Source of the DNA: Patescibacteria group bacterium
GTDB lineage: Bacteria > Patescibacteriota > Microgenomatia > UBA10105 > UBA927
NCBI GenBank assembly: GCA_023379025.1
Contig: JAMCTH010000003.1
Coordinates: forward strand, 103,362-167,361
Length of the DNA stretch: 64,000 nt
Direction of reading: 5' to 3'
Part shown: piece by piece, positions 1-8,801 of the stretch
Numbering within the stretch: the first letter of the stretch is position 1
Layout of the letters: every line of letters begins with the position of its first letter
The notes under the pieces: model-generated
The model's database searches: none
The model's input: only the letters and a program-made list of their open reading frames with translations
Told to the model about the DNA's origin: nothing
Made by a program: the position numbers and the translations under genes

Positions 1-286
1 CTGACGCGAGCCGTTTACGAGAAGTTTAAGCGATCCTTGTTCTTCGTTCACACGGATCAGCCGGTTATATGTTGATGATGTTATCAATCGGGTTTGGGGG
101 TAAAGATAGGACAATAGAGACATAAATAATTGCCGGGCGTAGAAATTGGTTGATAGACATCGGAAATTCGGTAACGAAATTCGAAAATGGAGATGAGAAA
201 CAAAATCTATTATCGATTTTCAATGTTTCATTACGAATTACCGTTTTTATATTCCGATTTTCAAATCGAACCATTCGCTCTATCCG

Positions 287-318
287 AACAATTTAACAAT
301 ATAACAATTTAACAATTC
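287..318. repeat. 4 x 8-bp tandem repeat (AACAATWT) downstream of serS
   Basis: aacaattt/aacaatat/aacaattt/aacaattc seen directly. Confidence 0.85.
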
Positions 319-321
319 TCA

Positions 322-1563
322 TTATTCTCTTTTTATGACTTTCAAACCCATATACGGCTGGAGTGCTTCCGGGATATTCACCGATCCGTCCGCGTTCTGG
401 TAGTTTTCGAGGATCGCAAGCGGCGTCCGTGACGTGGCAATGGCCGTACCGTTCAGCATGTGAAGATACCCGACCGCACCTCCCTTTCTACGGACGCGGA
501 TATTGAGATTTCTGGCCTGATAATCCGTACAATTGGACGTAGAAGTCACCTCTCCGTATTCGCCCCGGGTCGGCATCCAGGCCTCTATGTCAAACTTTCG
601 GGCAGCCATGGCGCCCAGATCTCCGGTGCACATCTCGAGCACCCGGTACGGGAGCCCTAACCCCTGGTAGATCTTTTCCTCCATGGAAAGGAGGAGTTGG
701 TGCATGTGCTCTGATTCTTCAGGAGCGCAGTAAACAAACATCTCCGCTTTCGTAAACTCATGGACACGGTAGAGACCTTTTGAGTATTTCCCGTAGGCGC
801 CTGCCTCCTGCCGGAAGCAGTGAGAGTACCCGATATACTTGAACGGGAGATTCCCCTCCGGGATCACTTCGTCTGCGTGTTTACCCGCAAGCGTTACCTC
901 AGCCGTTGCGATCAAGCCTAAATCTTCTCCTTCAAGGGTATATGTTTGTGCTTCATTGCCTCTCGGCATATAGCCGGTTCCCAGATAGTAGCGGGATTTG
1001 GCAACATCCGGGGTAATAACCGGCACAAACCCTTCCCGTGCGAGAAGATCGAAGGCATAGCGGACCAGAGCAAGCTCCATGAGCGCGCCTTCGCGGTATA
1101 AAAAGTAAAACTGCGAACCGGCGACCTTGGCACCGGTGTCAAAATCAAGGATTCCGAGCGCCTTCCCGAGTTCAAGGTGGTCCTTGGGGGTAAAATCAAA
1201 TTTCCTGGGTGTCCCCCATTTGCGGACTTCAACGTTTTCCTTTTCGTTTTTCCCGACCGGTGCATCCTTGGAAGGAAGATTCGGAATCTGCGCGATGGTC
1301 CGACCAAGTTCTTCTTCCGTCTTGGCAAGTTCCGGTTCCCTGGCTTTGATCGCTTCCTTGACGGCTTTTCCTTCGGCAGAAACTTTACCTGCTTTGGCGA
1401 TTTCGTTCCGTTTGGCGCGGAGTTCCTCAAGTTCGCCAATCAGTTTTCGCCGTTTGGCATCAAGCGCCAGGACATCGTCTACAGTGTCCGGGTCAAAACC
1501 TTTGGCGGCAATGCCCTTTTTCACCTCATTCGGATTCTCTCTGACAAGTTTGATATCGATCAT
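322..1563 (-). CDS. serS: Seryl-tRNA synthetase
   Basis: N-terminal coiled-coil arm, TAE, CFRQEAG..GLYRVHEF, EVTSTSNCTDYQAR, LNGTA motifs. Confidence 0.98.
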   Translation of the reverse strand: MIDIKLVRENPNEVKKGIAAKGFDPDTVDDVLALDAKRRKLIGELEELRAKRNEIAKAGKVSAEGKAVKEAIKAREPELAKTEEELGRTIAQIPNLPSKDAPVGKNEKENVEVRKWGTPRKFDFTPKDHLELGKALGILDFDTGAKVAGSQFYFLYREGALMELALVRYAFDLLAREGFVPVITPDVAKSRYYLGTGYMPRGNEAQTYTLEGEDLGLIATAEVTLAGKHADEVIPEGNLPFKYIGYSHCFRQEAGAYGKYSKGLYRVHEFTKAEMFVYCAPEESEHMHQLLLSMEEKIYQGLGLPYRVLEMCTGDLGAMAARKFDIEAWMPTRGEYGEVTSTSNCTDYQARNLNIRVRRKGGAVGYLHMLNGTAIATSRTPLAILENYQNADGSVNIPEALQPYMGLKVIKRE

Positions 1564-1575
1564 GTTACCTCCATT

Positions 1576-2214
1576 TTAGCAAAAATCCCTCGGCGATTCC
1601 TTAGCCAGTGCAGCCCGTATAAATGGCTTAAGTTCTTCCAGTGCCTTTTTCCTGTGGTTGATCGATTCATTTTCTTCCGGCGTCAGATCGTCATGATTAT
1701 AAAACTTGTTAAACCGGGGAAGATACAAGAGGGAACGGTACGGATACCCAGCGATCCTGGCAGCAGAGGGCGTAAGAGGAATGATGCCGCAAACCGAGGC
1801 TTCGGCCGTATGCATCTTCCCGCCGGGAGTCGAAAAGGCGATGACAACGCGAAGCTTTGCCCCGCGATTTTGGAGCGGGACGCCCTTAAGCCTTTCCATT
1901 GTATACGCGATGAGTTCTTCGTCCTCATCTTCGCGGTCGCCGTGTATCCACCGGTGCGATTTCACCCCGGGCTCTCCCCCCAGTGCGTCTATCTCAAATC
2001 CGCCGTCATCTGCGATGGTTGGCAGTCCTGATTTGTCCGCATAGAATTTTGCTTTAAGCACTGCGTTTTCCTCAAATGTTTTCCCCGTTTCCTCCGGTCT
2101 GTCGATAATGTTTTTATCATCCAAACTCATAAGTTCTATGGGCATATCAGATAAAAACTCTTTAATTTCTGCCAATTTCCCGGGGTTAGTTGTAGCTATA
2201 AGAAGCTGTTTCAT
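1576..2214 (-). CDS. rdgB: Non-canonical purine NTP pyrophosphatase (Ham1/RdgB)
   Basis: ATTNPGK, ETGKTFEENAVLKA, ADDGG, PGVKS, C-terminal NHR. Confidence 0.93.
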   Translation of the reverse strand: MKQLLIATTNPGKLAEIKEFLSDMPIELMSLDDKNIIDRPEETGKTFEENAVLKAKFYADKSGLPTIADDGGFEIDALGGEPGVKSHRWIHGDREDEDEELIAYTMERLKGVPLQNRGAKLRVVIAFSTPGGKMHTAEASVCGIIPLTPSAARIAGYPYRSLLYLPRFNKFYNHDDLTPEENESINHRKKALEELKPFIRAALAKESPRDFC

Positions 2215-2224
2215 ATTCAGTTTT

Positions 2225-2587
2225 CGTCATTCTGGCAATCCGCCGGCTGGCGGAGTGTCCAGAATCGAGTTATATAAGTCTCTCAGTAATGGGTTATGCT
2301 TTCGGATTAATCCTAACTTTTCACTTCTCTTCATATCCTTAATTTGTTTTTCCCTTATGATAGCATTTCGAATATCGTCAAACACTTCGTAATAGACGAG
2401 CGCGTGTAGACCGTATCTTGCAGTAAAGCCAAATGGGTCAGAATTACGTTTGTGTTGATAAACTCGTTTCACTAGGTTGCTTGTTACTCCTGTATAGAGT
2501 GTTGGACGAGTGTTTGCCATGATATAAACATATCCGGTTTTCATACGGATTCTGGGTGCGCTCGGGGACTCGCTTACCAGAATGACG
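2225..2587. mobile_element. GIY-YIG cassette bounded by two REP-like hairpins in inverted orientation
   Basis: Outer 11-bp inverted repeat CGTCATTCTGG (2225-2235) / CCAGAATGACG (2577-2587); each end is itself an ATTCTGG..CCAGAAT hairpin; AT-richer than the flanks. Confidence 0.7.
2227..2544 (-). CDS. Small GIY-YIG nuclease
   Basis: GYVYIM..LYTGVTSNLVKRVYQH..LVYYE..AIIREKQIK. Confidence 0.93.
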   Translation of the reverse strand: MKTGYVYIMANTRPTLYTGVTSNLVKRVYQHKRNSDPFGFTARYGLHALVYYEVFDDIRNAIIREKQIKDMKRSEKLGLIRKHNPLLRDLYNSILDTPPAGGLPE

Positions 2588-3169
2588 CTACAACCCCAGT
2601 TCCTCGTGGTGAACTTGCATCGAAGAAAGTGTTATTTGTATAAATTCATCAACCGGTATCCCAAGTTTTTCTTCGCATTGTGCTATCTGTTCCCGGGCAA
2701 CCGCGGCTGCAAATGCCTTTTGTTTCCATTTCTTTTGAACTGATTCAACAGTCACAAGATCGAGTTTCTTTTCCGGCCGGACCAAGGCAACGGCGACTAT
2801 AAACCCGGTAAGCTCATCCACCGTTTCAAGCGCCCATTCCATAGCTCCCTCAAGCTCTGCGAGGTGCGTTCTTTTTCCGTTATGGGATTTAAGCGCATGA
2901 ACGATCGGGCCCTCCGTTTCTCCGAGTTCATGAAGCCATGAAAGCGTATGCTTCGTGTGCTCGTCAGGACTGTCTTTCGTTTCTTCCCAATCCGCGTCAT
3001 GGAGTAAGCCGAGAATCTCCCACTGATCCGGGTCGCCACCGAGCTTCTCCGCAAGGGCGCGCATGGCAAACCCTACCGCGTACATATGACGCCGGAGGTT
3101 CTGGTTTTGGGTGTGGGCATGAAGAAGATCAAGTGCCTGATTTCTGGTGATCATAAGCTCATGTGACAA
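2588..3169 (-). CDS. HD-domain phosphohydrolase
   Basis: RRH..GLLHDAD, DELTGFIVAVALVRP, KAFAAAVARE; overlaps the lysS end. Confidence 0.88.
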   Translation of the reverse strand: MSHELMITRNQALDLLHAHTQNQNLRRHMYAVGFAMRALAEKLGGDPDQWEILGLLHDADWEETKDSPDEHTKHTLSWLHELGETEGPIVHALKSHNGKRTHLAELEGAMEWALETVDELTGFIVAVALVRPEKKLDLVTVESVQKKWKQKAFAAAVAREQIAQCEEKLGIPVDEFIQITLSSMQVHHEELGL

Positions 3170-5477
3170 CTCCTGTGAAATCGAGTGTTCCGCCGCAATA
3201 CCGGAGGATGTTCTGTACTGACTCGTTCAGAGAATGTTCGACCATATCCGGTGCAATATCCAATATCCCGTCCACGTTAATCCAGATATCCTTCGTATCT
3301 TCCGTCACCATGGTGCGCTTCGCATCGCGGTAATTAAAGTCAATATTATACCCGCCGACCCGGTCGTAATACGCGAGTTCCGTGGCCTTATATGCGGTAG
3401 GTTCCGTATCCCCAAGCAACAGTATTTCGTCACCCGCCCCGGCGTACCGGAGTACGGCCGGAAATTGCACCATATCCGCATTAAAGGCTCCGATAGATAC
3501 TCTATGACTCATGACAACCAGATTATATGCATCGACACAGGTATTTACGGTGTACAGTCCCTTTCCGAGCGCGACACGACGGAGAAGCGCTTCCGGTGAA
3601 GGCCGTCGGGAATGCCAGTCTATCCCCATATCCCGGTAGAGCTTCCGGTAGCTGATAATTTCCGGATACTTACCCAGTTCCTCTGTCGTCAACCCGGCAA
3701 GGCCGTTCAGGAATTTCTTTTTCTCTTCCTCAAGCCCGCGGTCCGAGGGAGCAATGCGGACTCCCCGAATCAGGGCGATACCGATGGAGACCGTCGGATA
3801 CCGCTCCTTCACCTTCGGATCTATGACAAAATAGTCCGGCTTGTGTATACCGTGAACGTTCTTTTCCCGAACGGTTACCTGAATTTTCGGGGCAAGTGTT
3901 AACCGTCCTATAACGGCGTCTTTCGGAAATTTCCTGAGAAGCCACCCGGCGCGCGGACCGTATGGTTTATCAAGTACTGAACAATAGAGCGCTTCAAAGG
4001 CAAGCTTTGGATCGAGATGCATCTCCTTTACCAGACGGAAGAGCTCTGACTGAAGTTTCTCCGGATCCTCTGCATATTTCCAGACTACTGCTAACTTCCG
4101 TAAGAAATCCCACTGTATGTCGGAAAGAGACAGATTCTCGTACGGCTTCACCGAAAGCTGGTATTTGTAATCATCCGGCGCGAACCTGGACACCCATACT
4201 CTCGCATACGTTTCCCGCTCGCCAAGGCATCGCACTTCTGCTTCGGTCAACCGTAATCCCTTAACGCACTCAAATTTCTGAAGCAAGTCGACGTTCGGCA
4301 ACTGTATGTAGTTGGCTATATCACGAAATCGGGGCAAAAACATCTCCGGATTTTTTGCGGGGGGTTCATGTATCTGAGACAGGAGAAATGCCCTCGATAA
4401 ATTTTCGTCGCCGTCCGTATGGTATGCCGTCCAGCAACGGTCGTATTCGTCAAATAAATCCGGTATTGCCATGGTCCCCGTCGGATCGATCTCTATAGCC
4501 TGCCGGTAATCCGTCCTCGTAAACAAAAACTTTCCGACTGGCGCGGGAAGGACCTTTGTAAGATCCCTTGCCTTAAGCCCCAACCCTTTTGATGAAGACA
4601 TTTTCTTGCCGCCGATGAGGAAAAATTCATACGGAAGATTATATGGCTCCGGTATATGAAAAACCTCGCGGCAGAGCTCCCGTGCTATATCCCGAGATCC
4701 GCCGGCAGATGAATGATCTTTTCCTGCTCCTTCGATCGTGACCCCCATCACTTTCCAATGTGCCGGCCAATCCACTTTCCACGGCAGTTTTCCCGGGTGA
4801 TGCTTCGGATCACCGGAGTCTGTAAAAGGACTGGTTTTCCCGTTATATCCGCATCCTTTTGCCCATGACACCATATCCGGTTCGCAGGTATAGGAAACGG
4901 TTGTACCGTCCCACCCGTGCACCCGCGTTGTGCCGAGTCTGCCGCAGTTTTCGCATACCACCTGAAGCGGGAGCCAACCTTTTTCCCGTTTTTTACTGCC
5001 ACTAACACGCTGATAAATATCCTGAATGAGGTCAGCATGATCGAGTGCTTCGCGAATCACGACATCGAATTTTCCCGCATGATACATATCCCAGGACGAA
5101 AGGAATGTTGCGGAGACCCCAAGCGATGTCAGCACCTTCTTAAAATCATTGGTGAAATACTCTGCAAATGTTGTTTCAGCATTATCCGGCGCACGCGCCA
5201 GCCGGAGCGGTTTGCCGAGTTCACTGGAAAGAGACATGAGTTCCGGGGGCAATCCGTCAACAGGATCGAAATCATTAAGAACAAAGGTAAATGTCACGTC
5301 GACTCCCCTGTCCAGGAGCGCCCGGTAGACAATGTCATGTACAAGCGGTCCCCGGAGTGACCCAATATGCGCAAAGCCGGACGGCGTAAACATATCATCC
5401 ACGTGATATGGCACAAATTTCCCTGTCTCAACGATTTTTTGTGCTACAGCATCTGCCCAAAACATATATACCCCCAT
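3159..5477 (-). CDS. lysS: Class I lysyl-tRNA synthetase with a fused C-terminal B3/B4 (PheT-like) domain; start may be 5465
   Basis: PSGFAHIGS (HIGH), KLPWKVDWP, GKDH, KMSSSKG; C-terminal RPSPEALLRR..VNTCVDAYN..IGAFNAD is B3/4-like. Confidence 0.92.
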   Translation of the reverse strand: MGVYMFWADAVAQKIVETGKFVPYHVDDMFTPSGFAHIGSLRGPLVHDIVYRALLDRGVDVTFTFVLNDFDPVDGLPPELMSLSSELGKPLRLARAPDNAETTFAEYFTNDFKKVLTSLGVSATFLSSWDMYHAGKFDVVIREALDHADLIQDIYQRVSGSKKREKGWLPLQVVCENCGRLGTTRVHGWDGTTVSYTCEPDMVSWAKGCGYNGKTSPFTDSGDPKHHPGKLPWKVDWPAHWKVMGVTIEGAGKDHSSAGGSRDIARELCREVFHIPEPYNLPYEFFLIGGKKMSSSKGLGLKARDLTKVLPAPVGKFLFTRTDYRQAIEIDPTGTMAIPDLFDEYDRCWTAYHTDGDENLSRAFLLSQIHEPPAKNPEMFLPRFRDIANYIQLPNVDLLQKFECVKGLRLTEAEVRCLGERETYARVWVSRFAPDDYKYQLSVKPYENLSLSDIQWDFLRKLAVVWKYAEDPEKLQSELFRLVKEMHLDPKLAFEALYCSVLDKPYGPRAGWLLRKFPKDAVIGRLTLAPKIQVTVREKNVHGIHKPDYFVIDPKVKERYPTVSIGIALIRGVRIAPSDRGLEEEKKKFLNGLAGLTTEELGKYPEIISYRKLYRDMGIDWHSRRPSPEALLRRVALGKGLYTVNTCVDAYNLVVMSHRVSIGAFNADMVQFPAVLRYAGAGDEILLLGDTEPTAYKATELAYYDRVGGYNIDFNYRDAKRTMVTEDTKDIWINVDGILDIAPDMVEHSLNESVQNILRYCGGTLDFTGVVT

Positions 5478-5538
5478 TGTACCATCTGATGATCTGAACG
5501 ATCAGCATGTCTCTGCGATCGTACGCATCCAATATACC

Positions 5539-5566
5539 AAAAACCCCGCACTCGGCGGGGGTCTTT
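5539..5566 (-). terminator. Intrinsic terminator of greA
   Basis: CCCCGC-loop-GCGGGG stem followed by T5 on the minus strand. Confidence 0.75.
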
Positions 5567-5582
5567 GGAGCTTGCGTATTTT

Positions 5583-6050
5583 TTATTCTATATCGACGAT
5601 TTTGTAGACGAGCTTACCCGCCGGTGCCTCTACCTCAACGGTATCGCCCGGTTTTTTACCGAGGAGTGCCTTCCCGAGCGGCGACTCATGGGATATTTTC
5701 TTCTGTGTCGGATCTGCTTCCCATTCACCGACAACGGAAAACACTTCTTTTTTATTCCCGACATGGAGCGTCACCCTGCAACCGACATTTACCGTTTTGT
5801 TATGCCCGTTGTTGGACACGACTTTTGCCGCCCTGATGATCTCCTCAAGTTCCGCAATCCTGCCGTCGATAAACGCAAGATCCTGTTTTGCTGCGGCGTA
5901 CTCGCTGTTTTCGGACAAATCACCGAGATCCCTCGCATCGGACAGCCGTTTTACGACATCCGGGCGCTTCGTATCCACCAGCTCCTTATATTCAGCTTTA
6001 AGTTCCTCCAGGCCTTCTTTCGTCAGGACCTGTCTTTTGGTTTGATCCAT
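5583..6050 (-). CDS. greA: Transcription elongation factor GreA
   Basis: GDLSENSEY, ISHESPLGKALLG. Confidence 0.98.
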   Translation of the reverse strand: MDQTKRQVLTKEGLEELKAEYKELVDTKRPDVVKRLSDARDLGDLSENSEYAAAKQDLAFIDGRIAELEEIIRAAKVVSNNGHNKTVNVGCRVTLHVGNKKEVFSVVGEWEADPTQKKISHESPLGKALLGKKPGDTVEVEAPAGKLVYKIVDIE

Positions 6051-6181
6051 AGTCGTATTACGCCGGAAGATGATTCGCTAAATGCGCTGCGGCATTTCGA
6101 AACTCTCCCGACGGCCTCTCAAGACAATCCCGGCCAAGTATTGGGCGAAGCCATGCGACGCCAAACAACATCAACCGGGCT

Positions 6182-6221
6182 AAAAAAAATCTCCCCTTTC
6201 TGGTTCCGAACCCCAAGGGAG
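6182..6221 (-). terminator. Terminator/attenuator in the greA 5' leader
   Basis: CTCCCTT..AAGGGGAG stem followed by AT8, between the promoter and the greA start. Confidence 0.65.
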
Positions 6222-6268
6222 CAGTGGTATAACATCAGCCTCAACTGAGGCTCACGATCATTAGTATC

Positions 6269-6297
6269 AGTGTACCCGAACCAACTTGAGGTGTCAA
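6269..6297 (-). promoter_or_regulatory. Sigma70 promoter for greA
   Basis: TTGACA-N17-TACACT on the minus strand. Confidence 0.8.
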
Positions 6298-6314
6298 GTA
6301 GAAGCTGATAAAAT
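6286..6314 (+). promoter_or_regulatory. Sigma70 promoter for tRNA-Glu (overlapping, divergent)
   Basis: TTGAGG-N17-TAAAAT with TGn extension. Confidence 0.6.
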
Positions 6315-6347
6315 AAAGGCAACCTCCAATTCAGAACAGTCTCTTTT

Positions 6348-6421
6348 GGCGCGTTCGTCTAGTGGCCCAGGACGGCTGGTTCTCAACCAGCAAATCATGG
6401 GTTCGAATCCCATACGCGCTA
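6348..6421 (+). tRNA. tRNA-Glu (anticodon CTC)
   Basis: Acceptor GGCGCGT/ACGCGCT, anticodon arm GCTGG-TTCTCAA-CCAGC, T-arm GGTTCGAATCC; CCA not encoded. Confidence 0.96.
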
Positions 6422-6507
6422 CAATTTATTTCACTCAGTACAGATCGTCGGTTCGTTTACTCCGAAAGCGAAGGTATTGGGAGAATCCGACTGTGGGTAC
6501 CAATTTA

Positions 6508-7230
6508 TCACTGATTGTCGCCAACTAATACGACGTCTCTTTCTAATAATCTATCCGGAAACGGTAAACCCCGTTTGACAAACTCAGGTTTGCTCTTCTC
6601 AATAACATCCTCGATTTTTGATTGTGTAATAAGTATTGTGGACGCCTCAACACGATCATCAACACTTATTAGTATTTCACCGGCCGCTACCCTCTCGATA
6701 ATTGTCTGTGCCCAGGAGACCTGTTTTTCCCACCGAATCGCCATCTCCTTTTCTCCCTCATGAAAGTCGGGGGTATGCGCTCTCATGGGATCCGCAATCC
6801 CGGGCATTACGACTGTATTAAATCTATGCCGTGAGCCATACGTATCAGCATAATTAGCTCCTAAAGCATTGCTTAATCTGTCTATCATTCTGGTGGGGTC
6901 ATCGGAAGTAGGTAATAGTCCATGTTCAAATCTAAAGAGAGCTATCAGCCGAGCGATGGGACGAGGGAGTATAGTCATTATTGCCCTATCTATTTTCCGT
7001 AGCTCTGGTGTTGGCGGTAGCATCTGACGAACGGCCCAACCGATTTGGTCACCGAGGTAATCTCTATCCCCTTCTGCCATATATGAGATTGTATCAGTAA
7101 AGAATGAATCGACAAACATGTTCGATTTCATCCCAACTTCTGTATACATTATGATATAGAGGAAGTGTGTTAATAAAACCGTACAATTGGTAAAAGTGTT
7201 CAACAATAGAATGACACGTAGTACTAGCAA
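6508..7230 (-). CDS. Hypothetical protein (true start probably downstream, near 7131)
   Basis: Long ORF, no recognised motif. Confidence 0.6.
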   Translation of the reverse strand: MLVLRVILLLNTFTNCTVLLTHFLYIIMYTEVGMKSNMFVDSFFTDTISYMAEGDRDYLGDQIGWAVRQMLPPTPELRKIDRAIMTILPRPIARLIALFRFEHGLLPTSDDPTRMIDRLSNALGANYADTYGSRHRFNTVVMPGIADPMRAHTPDFHEGEKEMAIRWEKQVSWAQTIIERVAAGEILISVDDRVEASTILITQSKIEDVIEKSKPEFVKRGLPFPDRLLERDVVLVGDNQ

Positions 7231-7403
7231 TCAGTAGTGCTCTTACTGCCCACACCCCCGGGGTGTGTAACATTGAGTGCAATGTTCCTTTCTATGTTGT
7301 GGACGATCATTATACCTATCAGTAGCAATATGCCCATTCAGGCATACTTGCATTACGTCATAATATCCCATAAACTTCTCCTAATTTTTTTACTGGCCAA
7401 TGT

Positions 7404-7793
7404 TTATTCATCGATTTTTTCGGTTAGTTTAGAAATCAGTTCTTTTAACGTTTTAATGTTTTCAGGATCATCGCTATATGCGTCAAACCAGTAACTTTTT
7501 TCTCCATTCTCGCCTTTATGGAAATTTAGAAATCTTCCGAACCTTTCTATCCTAAAGCCTTTCTCTCCTCCAATTGAAAATAAATTAGAACGAGCTATTA
7601 AACCAATAAAAAGAATAATTAAGGTAATCCAAAGAAAAAGGTTATTTTGGAGAATAGATTCCCCTAGCAATAATTTCGCTAACTTTAGGACTAAAATCCA
7701 TAAAAGGAGATATAAAATAGGTGCCAAAAATCTAAAAGTTGGAACGATTATATTTTTATATGAACTTTCAATAAATTGTATTAACATAGTCAT
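7404..7793 (-). CDS. Hypothetical membrane protein (2 TM segments plus soluble C-terminus)
   Basis: Two hydrophobic stretches; very AT-rich. Confidence 0.65.
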   Translation of the reverse strand: MTMLIQFIESSYKNIIVPTFRFLAPILYLLLWILVLKLAKLLLGESILQNNLFLWITLIILFIGLIARSNLFSIGGEKGFRIERFGRFLNFHKGENGEKSYWFDAYSDDPENIKTLKELISKLTEKIDE

Positions 7794-7813
7794 TTTTACT
7801 GGCCAATTAGTTT

Positions 7814-8494
7814 TCATAAATAAAAATCCCACAAACCTAAATTACTAAGTATACATATAATAGTTAGATTAAACTTTTGTTTTGGGACACTTTTTTCAAA
7901 ATAAGTTTTCAAATTATTGTAAGTAATATTTTGTAGTCCTATTGGTTGATGTGACCATATAAAAACAATTCCACTTCCAAACTTTTGTATTTGATAATAA
8001 CTTTCTAGTTGGTAAAGTGCTTGGTTATTTACTTTATCTATCAATTTTTGAAAAAACTTTTTCTCATCTAAACCCTGCGGGGAGAGAAGCTTTACCTCTA
8101 CTGGAGTTATTACGCTTCTATTTTTTGCAAGAAAATCTGGTGAGCGATTGTAATTGCTTTTTGGCAAATACTCAACTTCAGAAAAATTGCCAAAAAACTT
8201 AGTATTCACTAATCTAGTTGCAACGTCAAACTCTGCAAACATCTCTTCTACTCTTTGATCGTTTTTATTTCTTGTTATCTCTTTGCTGATATAAAAAATA
8301 GAGTTTGAGTTTTTAATTTTGTTGAGAACAGCTTGTGCACTGCTAACCCAGCTTTGATTTTGTAAATTATTTTTTAGCTTAATATAGATAGGTGAAGTTT
8401 GTAAATCCAATTTTTCATATTTATCCAATATCGGCTGGATTAGTTTTTCAATCTCTTTTTTTACTGAATCACGATTTCCTTTATCTTGCTTCAT
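7814..8494 (-). CDS. Putative PD-(D/E)XK nuclease-fold protein
   Basis: Upstream AEFDVA helix, then SPDFL..PVEVK. Confidence 0.6.
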   Translation of the reverse strand: MKQDKGNRDSVKKEIEKLIQPILDKYEKLDLQTSPIYIKLKNNLQNQSWVSSAQAVLNKIKNSNSIFYISKEITRNKNDQRVEEMFAEFDVATRLVNTKFFGNFSEVEYLPKSNYNRSPDFLAKNRSVITPVEVKLLSPQGLDEKKFFQKLIDKVNNQALYQLESYYQIQKFGSGIVFIWSHQPIGLQNITYNNLKTYFEKSVPKQKFNLTIICILSNLGLWDFYL

Positions 8495-8765
8495 AAATTT
8501 GTATACAAGGAGCCTTATAAAAATTTTGTAGTTCCTGGAACTTGTTACAATAATATTCAATATCTTCTTCTGATAAATGATGTCCTACTTTTGAGAGTTT
8601 TTCTCTTAACCATAATCCATCCTTTGTTTTCCTACTGTATCGGCAAACGCACTTCACAAAAGCGTAAAATCTCTCCAGATCTAACGGGTGGAAAGATTCC
8701 GGATATTGACCAATCCATAATTTAAAAGATTGATCTATCGGATGTTGGTTATGTATTAAAGTCAT
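8481..8765 (-). CDS. Hypothetical protein, 94 aa
   Basis: ORF overlapping the next gene; W..SFHPLDLERFY looks conserved but was not assigned. Confidence 0.65.
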   Translation of the reverse strand: MTLIHNQHPIDQSFKLWIGQYPESFHPLDLERFYAFVKCVCRYSRKTKDGLWLREKLSKVGHHLSEEDIEYYCNKFQELQNFYKAPCIQIYEAR

Positions 8766-8801
8766 ATAAAAATCACTATCTTACCGACCAATTATTTTTC
8801 A

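Noticed and set aside
65-274. 69-aa ORF downstream of serS
   Set aside because: No motif, overlaps a fold-back region, probably non-coding.
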